The notes below the pieces were generated by a model, which saw only the letters and a list, made by a program, of their open reading frames with translations, had not been told where the DNA came from and searched no databases. Source: Vermamoeba vermiformis (lineage: Eukaryota). From it: DNA of 64,000 nucleotides. The DNA lies in contig JBEWZL010000300.1 in NCBI GenBank assembly GCA_045837725.1, forward strand, positions 62,001-126,000. The letters are read 5' to 3'. Position 1 is the stretch's first letter, and each line of letters begins with the position of its first letter. Shown here piece after piece: positions 50,183-62,714 of this stretch. The position numbers were made by a program, and so were the translations under genes.

Positions 50183-53100
50183 TTAAGGCGTTTTTGATTT
50201 TTGCATCATCTTTATTAAGGTTAATCGGGCATTGTTTATACGTGCTATAGTAATATTTAGATAGTAAGATTAATCTCTAAAGAACCAGCGCCATTTAGAT
50301 TGCCAAGGCACCAATCAAGAACAAACTTGAATCCGATCTCCTCGGTCAATCGCGAATCCGCTTGCAGTTCATTTAGTAGCATATTCAACTGTTCGTCTTT
50401 GATATTTTGCTTTGTAGCTAATATTCCTAGAGCTTGCAGCAAAGGAATAACGGCTTTAGTGCTTTTGAATGTTTGCAGCTGATCCTTGATGAATCTGGTG
50501 AATCCGGCTTGGATGAGATTGGTCATATCTTTGTTATGCACGATCATGTCATATGAAAGTCGTTCTAAAACCTTGCAGTATTGCAACGAAGTTTCCAAGT
50601 TATCGCAAGTCAACTCTTTTTCGATCAGCGCTTCAGCGAAGGATGCTTTAAAAATTGACAATTAGACCAATAGTGTACTATATTTATATAAAAATTATTT
50701 ATATTTACCATTAGCCAATGTGCATTGAGCCAGACATGCAGTGACGCTCAACATTAACGACGAATAATTTTCTGACATTAATGGCTGCAATATTATGAAG
50801 GTTTAGTTAACAAATTACATAAAGTATTTGTATATATTCTTACCTTGAACATCGCGGCGTACAACTGCGTGATATCGACAAATTCTTGAAATTGCGCTGC
50901 AAGATCCGCATTAAAAATTTAAGAATTCATTAAGTGAGGATTAAAATACGTACCTAAAGATATCAAATTGCCTATTGTGATGTAAATTTGTTGCACAGTG
51001 AATTCAGGCAAGCGGATCTGATGTGCTTCGGTCAACAACTGCACCACAGTCGTGTAAGTACTTTTTGAGATCAGCTTGTATTTGAGCGGCTCTGCAATTA
51101 ATTATGTATTAGTGAGTACACTGCGATTCATATTATAAATAATCTATATAATACCTTTTGAGGAAAAGATGGCTACTACACGTGAAGCGATAGGAATGTA
51201 CAAGGTTGGCTCACTCGTCGCTAGCTTGATAATTTCCGCGAAAAGAACTTCGGTTTTATCCGCGGGTATATGATCTAGTAACTATTAATAAAAAGAACGA
51301 AAAATATCTAAGGATCTACCGAAAAGTTCGTTCACCGCAAGACATCCGCAATTGAACGCTATGCCAACAAGTCCTTGGAGCTATAAGTAGCATATTATTC
51401 GATACCTTATCATATTTAAGTTCGTTACGTACCGGAGATTTCATCAGATCCACAATGCTGTCAATAATGTCCGACGTCAAAACTGCAACTTGCTCTAATA
51501 ACCATAGATTGTTAATATCGTGTTATTAAATATGAATAGGGGTGACGTACTTCTCTTAATTAAGTTATAAACAATTTGGCCGACGTTGAATTGCAGTTCA
51601 GCAAAGTCAATTCGAAGAAGTTTAGGCAGGAGTTTGACGAGCCCTAGCGCTATTAAATGCTCTTGAACGACTTCTGCAAATTAATTTTTAAGTATTAGCC
51701 GACGCCTATATTCAAATATTAAGTACCTTCGGTCGATAGTCCGACAACGGGTCCCGACACACTGACGAGAAGTGCCGGATCCAGATCCATCGCGAGAAGG
51801 TCCATCAATCTGACTGGTATCTCTTTGCACGCAACAATCTGATTTTTGTATTCATCTGCAAATATTAAGCTTAGAATAAAATTCCAAGAGCTGTTAGAGT
51901 CGTTAATGGCCATACCGTTCGCCAAGAAATTTCCAATGCTGGATGCAGCCATACGAGCCGTTTGAGGATTTTTCGAATTTAAAAGCATCACAAACATATT
52001 TAATGCGTCATCAGCACTAAATATTTTGGCATGCGAACCGTCTGTCAAAAATCAAGATCAGATCTAGGGTGTATGTGATGAACGTACGTGATGAAGTAAT
52101 GCTCGAGTAACTACACGCAACCCAATACTTGATATCTTCGTCTTCAGAATATTCGACTAAATATCGATGCAGATCCACTAATTTTGTGAACGCGACAGTG
52201 TCTTTGGCGACCGGTTTAGAAACCTGCTCGGCCAACGATTGACCCTTAGTTTGCAGCTTACTATAGTACATGTTATTATGTATATGTTTACATTATAATA
52301 TACTATAAGCGATACTTACGTGGGGTAAAAAGCTGAGAAATAAATTGTAGCGAAGCCAAACAGGCGTACTTTTGACCAAAAAAGCGTTGGATTTCTACGA
52401 CAAAGCGATTCAAACCAGTGCAAAAACGCTAATAATAATATAAGAATTAATGTACGAATTAAAAGATGTTAAGGATGATTTACCAGGCACAGAGAAATTT
52501 CCTGCCGGCGAGAGCAGATCCGGTTTTTCGTACAAAATTTGCCATTGAATATCTTCTGAATCGCTCTCACCAAACGGCGTATTAAACAAATCATTCTATT
52601 TCATAGTATTAATTCACTTTAACGTTTTTGGAAGGTATTGGCTGAACTTACGTGACATAAAATAAACTCTTTCGCGTTCAAAATTCCGTCGCAATCTTTG
52701 TCATAAAATTCAAAAATTCTGCGCAAAAACTCGATTGTGAACCACGACAACCGCTTTTCATGAATTGTTAGCTTTACCGTTATTGGTCAAGAATTATTTT
52801 GGATCTTACCACATTATGCACGTCGAAAATGGATTCGGTAGGAGATACTACTATAGCTTCTATAATATTGACTAAATGCAACACTCCGAATTTTGTTATG
52901 ATAGACACCTCCCGCGCACAATCGATCTGAAATCCGAAAAAATTCTGATCAGATCCCGTACGCTTAGAAAAGACTATTCTATATTATAGGTACCTGATAC
53001 TGTAATTTCATCGGGTTCAATATTGAGAATCGATCCTCGGCCGGTTCCAGATCCAATTTTGTACCGACAAGTAAGATCGGGATCTCATGAGGACAAAATC

Positions 53101-54135
53101 TGAAACACCCAAATATCGTTAGATACTTTCATATATGACTATGATATATATAGTATATCCTCTGCATTTGAATATGATTATTACCTGCGAATAAAAGGCA
53201 ACCAAAAGTCTCTGAGTCGTTCAAGTGTTTCCATCTTGGTGACATCGTACGTCAAAATGATGGAGTCACAATCGAGTAGCTGCTCTCTGATCGTGTCGAG
53301 ATACTTTTCTTCCTCGTCGCCGCGTTGGTATTGAGTGTCGTACAGTTTCATGTAGAAATTCGATTTGGTGTTGAATCCGTCAGACAAGCAGCGCAAAAAC
53401 TGCAATATAAATTAGTAGGCTAAGTTTATAAATGTATGCATATATTAGCATTATAATAGTATAAGCACTCATGAGGCTAATTAATTAAAAAAAAGAGGAC
53501 GTACATTTTTTCCTTCGGGATCTAAGCTCTTGATTTTCATTTTCTCCACTTCATCTTGCTCGTTATTTATTGCCTTTGCATATTCTTCTTTAATAGCGTC
53601 AATAAGAGATGTTTTACCGGTTCCCTCTGTTTCGAAACAAAAATTAGATCCGATCCCGTTAGAATAACTTGTACATGTCTAAAAAAAAACTGCTTACCAT
53701 CGCCAATGAATAGAGTATTAATTACGCGGCATTTTAAGCGTACTACGCGATGCATCGTCTTTTTTAACCTCTTCAAGAACATCCTCTTGTAAGACGGTGC
53801 CGCGGGGAGCTTTTCAAGGCCAACAGATTCCCAAATGCTACGAGCCAATGGTATATTAAAATATGGCTATCATGAATATAATAACGAAAACTTAAAATGA
53901 ATTATTGTACTGAAAAAATGTACCAGATGCAGCTTTCATAAATAAATCAAGTTTAAGATCCAGAAGATCGGATATATAAATCGGCTTACTCTACGTAATG
54001 GCGCTTCCAAATATCTTCGTTTGAAGCCAGCTCGTTGAACTCTTTGCTAACCAAAGCTGCACTTGCAAGATCGACCGGCTGTAAGAAGCTCAAACAAAGC
54101 TTCTTGGTCTCCGCTACCAGTCCTTGCCAAGCCAT
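50183..54135 (-). CDS. F-box + Miro-like small GTPase + EF-hand + ARM-repeat protein (paralog A; no SPRY or TM). The 3' end is 50183 or 50257.
   Basis: F-box WQGLVAETKKLCLSFLQPVDLASAALVSKEFNELASNEDIWK; P-loop GDEGTGKTS; VGTKLD; RRIFEFYDKDCDGILNAKE; FLHWF..W..VRLFGF; ARM-like repeats. Confidence 0.8.
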
Positions 54136-54421
54136 TATTGCGGCGTTCGTTATGTTAGTTGAAAGAAACTGAGCTAACTTTTTAAAAACTCAAAATTTTC
54201 TGATTTAATCTGGCGGGACTTGGAAAGCGGGTACGAACGTTCCATCAAGCAAGAAAATTTGAGGAATAGATTTACGGGTACGAATTGTAATATAGATCAT
54301 AACAAATAGGTATTAACGGATTAAAATTAGCGCTTACCTCGGATGCGATCTCAAAGTTACCTTAATCAGCCAGATCGGAGTACTTTTTGTACGAAAAATT
54401 TATCTATGCATATTTGTAATG

Positions 54422-57400
54422 TTATTTCGTCGATTTTTTGCGCAATAAGTAGGCGGCCACAAAAGCAGCAGTAGCACCAATCAAGACAGCACCACCAACC
54501 GCAACCTTTGTAGTAGTCGTCAGACCACTCGATCCGAGCACGCGAGCATAAGGTTTGAAGCCTCCAGTCAATGCATGTGCGAAGGGCTCTGCACCAAAGT
54601 TGAATTTGACCTGCTGATTGTTGGCCATAGTCAAAGCAGGGAACAAGCCATCGCTCGCCACTACGTTCTCAAATGCCACGCCTTGTTGCACCCCGTTCAG
54701 TGAAAACAAGATCTGACCCTTGTCGAGATCCAAATAGCACCCTACATATTCATAAATTAGCTCACGATCGACCGGTTAAAAATGAACGGCAGATCAAAGC
54801 TCGAAAGTTCGTCATTATGTCACGCTAGAGCTGAACGTCAATTTACCTAAAACATCACCGGCCTTCCATTTACCACTGCCGTAGACCTTGCCTCCTCCGT
54901 GCCATGCTTTGTTTCTGTTCAGATCCGCTGCATATGAAAAGTCATCATCGCCAACTCCGGTACCTTCATCAGGGCTGCAAGCACGTGTTAGTACTACAAA
55001 TACAAAGGTTGCACAAGAGGCTTACTTGACACTTGTTTTGAGTGTTTGGTGCGTCGCCCAACCGATTTGCATGATGCCGTCAGTGAACAGCTTAACTTCA
55101 TAGTACCACTTTCCTAATTTGGAATTAAGAGACGGTTAGCCACAAGACCCAACGTTTGATATAAAAAGATAGTATTTGGTACCTTTAGTGACTGGTACAT
55201 TTGCAGCGACAGTTTCAAAGGTCTCAATGTCGAGTCGTGCGGACAATCTGTCGTGCGAGATTTTGATCGCTTTTGTCTTGAACTCGTCGGTCAAGTACAC
55301 ACCCTTTGGCGTGACTTTTGGTTTACCTAATCAGGAAAGGTTCATAAGCATTAATATTCTCCGAATTTAAATAATTATTGGTGTTCGTACCAGTGCCGTC
55401 GACGTTGCCCATGCACCATTCAAGCACGAATTTGAAGTCGATTTCTTTCATCAAACGCTTGTTGTTGAGTAACTCATTGAAGATCGCGTTCAACTCTTCG
55501 TCTTTGACATTTTGTTTGGTGGCAAGTATGCCGAGTGCGTCCAACAGCGGAATAACTGCTTTGGTGCTCTTGAACGCTTTCAACTGATTCTTGATGAACT
55601 TGATGAACCCTGCATCGATCAAATTTGTCATGTCTTTGTTGTACATCACCAAGTCATAGGCGAGTCCTTCAACGACTTTAAGGTACTGCAAAGACACTGT
55701 TTGCGTCTTGCGCGAAGTCAATTCTTTTTCGAACACTTTGATCAGGGCTTCGGCAAACGAGGCTATGCAAACCAACAATGTAAGATTAAATGCAAAAAAA
55801 ATCATCAGGCATGACTCTTACGTTTAACAGTGGATACTTCAGTGAGGCAAGCAGCAATGTCAGGAATCAAGGGCAAGTATGTTTGAGGCGAGCTCATCGG
55901 CTACGAAGGAAATTTATTAGTCATATGTTAAGTAGAATATTTAAGTCTCGCTGAGGACTAAAAACTTACCGTCAATATGGCAGTGAACAAGGCTTGAATG
56001 TCAACAACTTCGAGGAATTTTTCTGATGAGACAAAGAGTCAGAAAACATTCCTATTGATGCCTATGATATGAACGTACCTGACTTGACTAAATTAACAAT
56101 AGCAATGTAAGTCTGTTGCAAGCTGGAAGCTGGGCATTTTGACGCAGGACAGTCTTTCAACATGCGAAGGAACGCGCTGTAACTCTTTTTCTCGATAATT
56201 TTTTCTCGCAGCGATTCTAATTCGAGCAATGTAAGTACCTCTATAATCTGATTGAAGAATATGCCACTTACCATATTTGGTAAACACGGACAGCGAGATC
56301 GTTGCGGGATGATGGAACTTGTACGGTTCGCTCGTTGATAGGTTAATGATTTCATCAATCAGCGGCATGTTTCTTTCCGTATTTAGAATGTCTGCAAGAA
56401 ATGTGAGGAAAAAGTTCGAGGAATTTATTTCATGAAGATGCAGCGTACCAAATAAGTCAGGATAAGTTACTGCAAGACCACCGCAATGAAGTCCTGTTTC
56501 GACAATTCCTTGCAACTATGAAGAAATTAATATATAACATCTATTATATAGTTCGTATTCACGTGGACTTACTTTGGACTTCATTAAGTAGATTATACTG
56601 TCGATCATTTCTTCGGTTAAAATTTCCACTCTTCGTTCTGGAAATAAAAGTTAATTTATATGCCTAATATTACTACTATTATCGATTTTACCATTGTTTA
56701 TCAAGTTATAAACGATTTGTCCAGTGTTGTACTGAAGTTCGGCGAATTCAATGTGCAGCAGTTTAGGGATGAGTTTGTCGAAGCCGCTATTAACAAGCTG
56801 CTCCTGAACAGCCTCTGCGAATATATGCATTAGTACGTCTTGCCATCTATATTAATAGAAGTAATACCTTCGTTCGATAATCCTACGAGAGGTCGAGACA
56901 CACTGACGAGAAGTGCCGGATCCAGATCCATCGCGAGAAGTTCCATCAACCTTTCTGCGATCTCCTTGCATGCGACAATTTGTGGTCTATATACGGCTGC
57001 AATAACAAAGTGAATTAATACATAAGTCCGTATTATGACCGCAAACGTACTGTCATCGATGAAATCTCCAATGCTCATGGACGCCATGCGAGCTGTGTGC
57101 GGGTTCTTTGCATGCAGCAATGTGACGAACACATCCAACGCATTTTCACTGTTCATAATAAGATCACGCGAGTCCGCTGCAAAAAAAAAAAAGCGTCAGC
57201 ATGAAGCTCACAAAAAAAAAAGATATCCCGTGGAACAAAAAAATTCGAAAGTCAAAAGTAACGTACGTGAAGTAGTAACACCAGCATAACTACAAGCGAC
57301 CCAATACTTGACGTCTTCATCATCACTCTTCTCCGTCAAAAATCGACGCATGTCCGACAGCAAAGTCACCGCGCGAGGTCCCTTGGCGACTGGTTGCGCC

Positions 57401-59457
57401 AACTTTTGCTCCATTGTTTGACCACTCAGTTGCAAGTTACTATAGGCCGTGCATTAGACCAACAAGCTTTGTAAAAATTTCATGCAATGAACTTACGTGG
57501 GGTATAAAGAAGTATAATAGATTGAATGGAAACCGAAGGTTCGCAATGTATTCCAAACAAAGTTCAAGTTGTAACTACCAACTGGAATTTCAAACCAATA
57601 GATGAAAGCTAAATACGCCGTTAGTAATTACTATTATATTTATATTTCAATATTTACCAGGCCATGAGATTCTGCCGTCAGCTTGGAGCAGATCCGGTCT
57701 TCCCGCTGAAATTTCGTTTTGTAGAACTGCGTGGTAACTCACGTCGTGCTCAGTATTGCACAATTCATTCTATATATAGTATTATTATCATATTCCGAAC
57801 CACAAAAATTTTGACTGCTTACGTAACACACGACAAATTCTTCAGCGTTCAAAAATCCATCGCCGTCTTTATCGTAAAACTCGAATATTCTGTGAACGAA
57901 CTCCTCTACGAATGGCATGTAGTGCTAAAAAATGATAAATTATTTTCATGAACGGTGATCATATCGACGGGTGGAATTTCTTACGCGAATGTTGATGTCA
58001 AAGATGGTGATCATAGGACAGACTACTATAGCATCCACGAGATCAAACACGTTCAAACAGCCTGTTTCGAACTTAGGCGAGCACTCTGTCGTGCCTTCCA
58101 ACTACAAACAAGAATTAATTCGAGTTGAGTTCACAGGTGCACCTTTCGCTAGATCTAGCAGCATTAAAATAATATGTAGCTCGCGGCACTTACGTTGTAT
58201 TGCGTTTTAATGGCATTGAGAATGTCATTGACTTCTTGTGGCGGGTTTTGACGGCCACGCAGATCTGATTTTGTGCCGACTGCCAATAACGGGATCTCAC
58301 GAGGACAAAATCTGAAACACCCAAATATCGTTAGATACTATAATATATAATACTAGCAAATATAATATGCTCTTTGCAAATGCAACTGATTATTACCTGC
58401 GAATAAAAGGCAACCAAAAGTCTCTGAGTCGTTCAAGTGTTTCCATCTTGGTGACATCGTACGTCAAGATGATGGAGTCACAATCGAGTAGCTGCTCTCT
58501 GATCGTGTCGAGATACTTTTCTTCCTCGTCGCCGCGTTGGTATTGAGTGTCGTACAGTTTCATGTAGAAATTCGATTTGGTGTTAATGCCGGCAGAAATA
58601 GACTTCTTAAACTATCATAAAAAATAGTCAGTTAACTCACAAATATTATTGATATTATTAAATGCTTATTAGCGAATTATACTAGAATTTTTAGTTTTTT
58701 TCTTACGGTAATTCGTTCAGGATCCAAGCTTTGAATTCGAATTTTTTCCTGCTTGCTTTGTGATTGAACGACTGATTTAGTAAATCCTTCGCGAATTCCA
58801 TCAATAAGCGTCGTTTTGCCAGTTTGTTCTAGAACGTAAAAATTAATTAGAGCATTATCAGAGGAAAATTATTATTAATAATAATATTCTTACCATCACC
58901 GACAATAAGGGTGTTAATTACGCGGCATTTAAATCGAACAACACGATAAGCTGTCTTTTTTAACCTCTTCAAGAACATTTTCTTGTAAGACGGCTCAGCT
59001 GGAAACTTCTCGAGGCCAGCTGTCTCCCAAACACTAGAAATATTATGCATAAATATATATTATTTTTAATATCTGAAAATATCCACAAAATTCCAGAAAA
59101 AGTGTCGACCATGACGTCACAACCGAATCCGCGCGTTCAAAATTTACAAAATCACTTGTAAAATTTATGAATACGACCAATTCATCCAATTAATTGCTTT
59201 TTATTATAAAGAAGATATTTGAATTAAGAAAAAAATCGGATGTAATTGATATTTAATTGAGAAAGAGCTGTGAATGCATATACTTACTGCTTATAATGTT
59301 GTTTCCATAATTCCTCGTCTGAAGCAAGCTCATTGAACTCTTTGCTCACGGATGCTGCTTTGACAAGGTAGATCGGCTCCAGAAAATTGAAGCAGAACTT
59401 CTTCAAGTCAATAGGCAACGACTGCCACGTTATTTCGGTCTCTTGTGTTTGTTCCAT
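54422..59457 (-). CDS. F-box + Miro-like GTPase + EF-hand + ARM + SPRY + C-terminal tail-anchor protein (paralog B)
   Basis: F-box WQSLPIDLKKFCFNFL..VSKEFNELASDEELWK; GDEQTGKTT; VGTKSD; ECSPK; RIFEFYDKDGDGFLNAEE; SPRY GKWYYEV..MQIGWAT..GVGDDDFSY..WKAGDVLGCYLDLD..FPAL..FNFG..PF; TM VAVGGAVLIGATAAFVAAYLL followed by RKKSTK*. Confidence 0.85.
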
Positions 59458-59819
59458 TAGATAATATTAAGAACAAATCTTTCTGCTGTGAACTCACAAC
59501 AAAAACGTGCCCTGCGCATCCGCGGTGAGTTTTCTTGGTCAGAAACAAACTTAATAGCTCCTATATTACTCATATGAAGGAAATCATAAGGGTAAGCACT
59601 ATCTTTAATTGCATTAATGAGACTACAAGGACACAAGGAAACGAATCTGGTTCACAGCGTATTCCACGGATGTACTTTCATATAAGAACGTTAGCATATT
59701 AAAGTTTAACTTAAGGTTAAGTAATTTTACCGGATTTACGGGCTGTATGCTGACATACGGCAGTTAAAACCGCATGCGAACCAAAAATAGGATCGGAGAT
59801 GCAGCTCGAGATTGAGCAA

Positions 59820-60237
59820 TTATTCGGTATCATCGCTAAATTTAGATAATTTTGCCGCTAATTTTTGATTGAATGCTTCTTCAAACAACGGGCTAACTTC
59901 CATCAGTAATGAAGTTAAACTTTCCCACGTATTTGGTACATCTGCTTCTTTACTGGCAAAGTCCACCTTAATAATTATTAATACATGCTATACGTGATAA
60001 TAAGTCGTAATTGAGTGCTCCAGCGCGTTATTGGTGCAAGATCTAAATTTAAAAGTATTGGTTTGAAATAATTACCTCGAAGCCTCGTTCAGATACAGTG
60101 ATTGGGTACTGCGTGCCTTCTAATGTGAGCACACTCAATATTTTTTTCGTTGCGTCTTGCTGAATTGTAATCGATTTTACGCCGAAACTAACATCCGCGA
60201 TCACTTCCGCGATCTCGCTATCAACATCGGTAAACAT
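59820..60237 (-). CDS. GSKIP: GSKIP (DUF727) domain protein
   Basis: EIAEVIADVSFGVKSI..VLTLEGTQYPITVSERGF..WESLTSLLMEVSPLFEEAFNQKLAAKL. Confidence 0.75.
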
Positions 60238-60436
60238 TGCGTACGAGTATATCAAAAATTACTATTATTGGTTATGACCTATATACGTCACATGCTCATA
60301 CGTATAAGCTGTTGCTGGATATGAAAAAATCTGACTTTTTTCACGTGATTCAAGATTGACGCGTGACGGGCAGAACTTTAAATAGCAAATATTTTTATCA
60401 TCTTTTTAATTTCAACCGTAATCGAGCACCATAGAC

Positions 60437-62669
60437 ATGCCTCCATCGATTGTAAAGTAAGTTGAGCTGTTCTTCGGCCACATCCGGATCTTGATCTAAC
60501 GTCATGTTTAAACAGAAACGACTCGCCCGCGAATAACTCATGGGGTGGCCTAAAAATCAACTCTAGAGCCATGGATTTCGTCTACCATCAATTAGGCAAG
60601 TATCTAATTATGAATCTATCAACGTTTTTTGACAGATCCGAATTTACAGTTGTAAAATGCTGAATTTGAATCAATCACCTTTCTAAATATGCTCGATAAT
60701 TAAAGATCGGACTAAACATACTATTTAATTTACAAAATCTTGACACACAAAAAATGCAGTTAAATCCAACGTCAGATTCTGATTTAATTTTCCTTCCATA
60801 GGCCCTTTGAGCTTGATCGTCATATGCCCTATTATCGTCTTGATCTTGCCATGGTATCTTCAAGAAATCGACGGGACTGGCAAGAGCCTGCAAGACATCA
60901 CGAGTCTTGCTGAATTATTGCCGCTAATTCCTCGGCCAACAGTGAAAGCATTTGGTATTATAGCATTTTTTATCTTATTCGAGCTCGTATTGCTGGTAAG
61001 TTATTTTATTTTCGTATTTCTCTGCTGTTCAATTCAACACGGCTAGATCTTCCTCGAATCACAAAGTTTTATTCTAATATAATCCCGCAATATCAGGTTG
61101 CCTTGCCCGGCAAACAATTCTTCGGTCCCGTTACCGCGACCGGATCTCGCCCGAAGTACACTTTGAACGCTGTTCCCGCGTTTATCGTTACACATCTGGC
61201 ATTTCTTGCGGGAGGCTACTTCAATCTTTATTCTTATGGCTTGCTCTATGATAACTTGACGTCCATTTTATCGAGCTGCGCCGTTTTCGGTTTGTTCTTC
61301 TGCTGGGTGCTCTATTTCAAAGGTAAAGCAAATCTAGATCAAATTTCTTTAATTTTGAACCATTGCGCTTATTTTGACCTTATTCAAACGCGCAATATTA
61401 TAATTATATGATATTTATTGTATAATAGCGCGTTTAAGTGGCAAATAATAATCGAGATTTAAACTTCTAAATAAGGAAATTATAAGGTCATACAAAACTT
61501 GCTTCTATTACGTCTTAATAACGTCTATTATTACACATTGCTTACTGTCTAATAATAGGACACTTCTACCCTTGCGACAACGATCACGGTTATAGCGGAT
61601 CTGTTATTATGGATTATTTCTGGGGTACTGAATTGTATCCTAAAATTTTCGGTATTAGCCTCAAGCACCTTATTAACTGCCGCGTATCAATGTACTCATG
61701 GAGTCTTATTGCTATTTCTTGCGCATTCAAGCAACAAGAGCTTTTTGGAACCATGTCGAATTCCATTGCTATTTCAGGTAAGCAGATCTCCACCTCTTTT
61801 ACGAAATAATGTTCTTTATTACTTATATGCCATACTGAATACATTTATATCATATTTACTTTAAATAGCACCTTTTTTGAATGCTGCCGTTATTTATTTC
61901 TCGTCTAATTTTTGCTTTTAGCGCTCGTCTTGGTCGTCTATCTTTTCAAATTTGCAGTGTGGGAGTCAGGTTACTTAGAGTCGATGGACATTGCTCACGA
62001 CCGATTCGGTTTCTACATCTACTGGGGAGTCACGAGTTGGGTGCCTGGATTCTACACTATCGCCGCGCAGTACTTCGTAAAGCACCCTATTCATATGAAC
62101 TACATTGAGGCTATTACCATTCTTGCCTTGGGCGTGCTCTCCGTGTGGATCAACTACGAAGCTGACGTCCAAAAACAAGTCTTCCGCGCGACGAAAGGAC
62201 ATTGCCTTATTTGGGGCAAGAAACCCGTTGGCATCCACGCCGAGTATAAGACTACTGATGGTCAGACAAGGTACGCTAATATACAATGCTACTTTTTTTG
62301 ACACGTGTCAAAGTGTCACTTTTCCAGATCCAGATCCGTGACAAAAACGTTAATTTCGATAGTATTATTAATACGTAGTCGTACTTATGTATCTAATTCT
62401 TGCTTTACAGATCTTCCCTCTTGCTCGCATCAGGCTGGTGGGGCATTGCGACTCATTTCCATTACGTCCCTGAAGTCCTCGTTGGTTTCTTTGCCGCTTA
62501 TCCTGCAGGCAAAATGAGCATTATTCCGTACACTTACACCATCTTCTTGGCCTTGTTGCTGTTGCACCGAGTCTTGCGCGACGAATTGCGCTGCGAACAC
62601 AAGTACGGCGTTTACTGGCACAAATACCGCGAAATTGTGCCGTACAAACTTATTCCTTACATTTTCTAA
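60437..62669 (+). CDS. DHCR7: Sterol delta-7 reductase (7-dehydrocholesterol reductase, DWF5-type)
   Basis: DYFWGTELYP, WESGYLESMDIAHDRFGFY, LLASGWWGIATHFHYVPE, RDELRCEHKYG..W..Y..VPYKLIPYIF. Confidence 0.9.
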
Positions 62670-62714
62670 ATAAGGAAATAATATTATCTTGCCTTTTATT
62701 TATGTACCGTGGCT

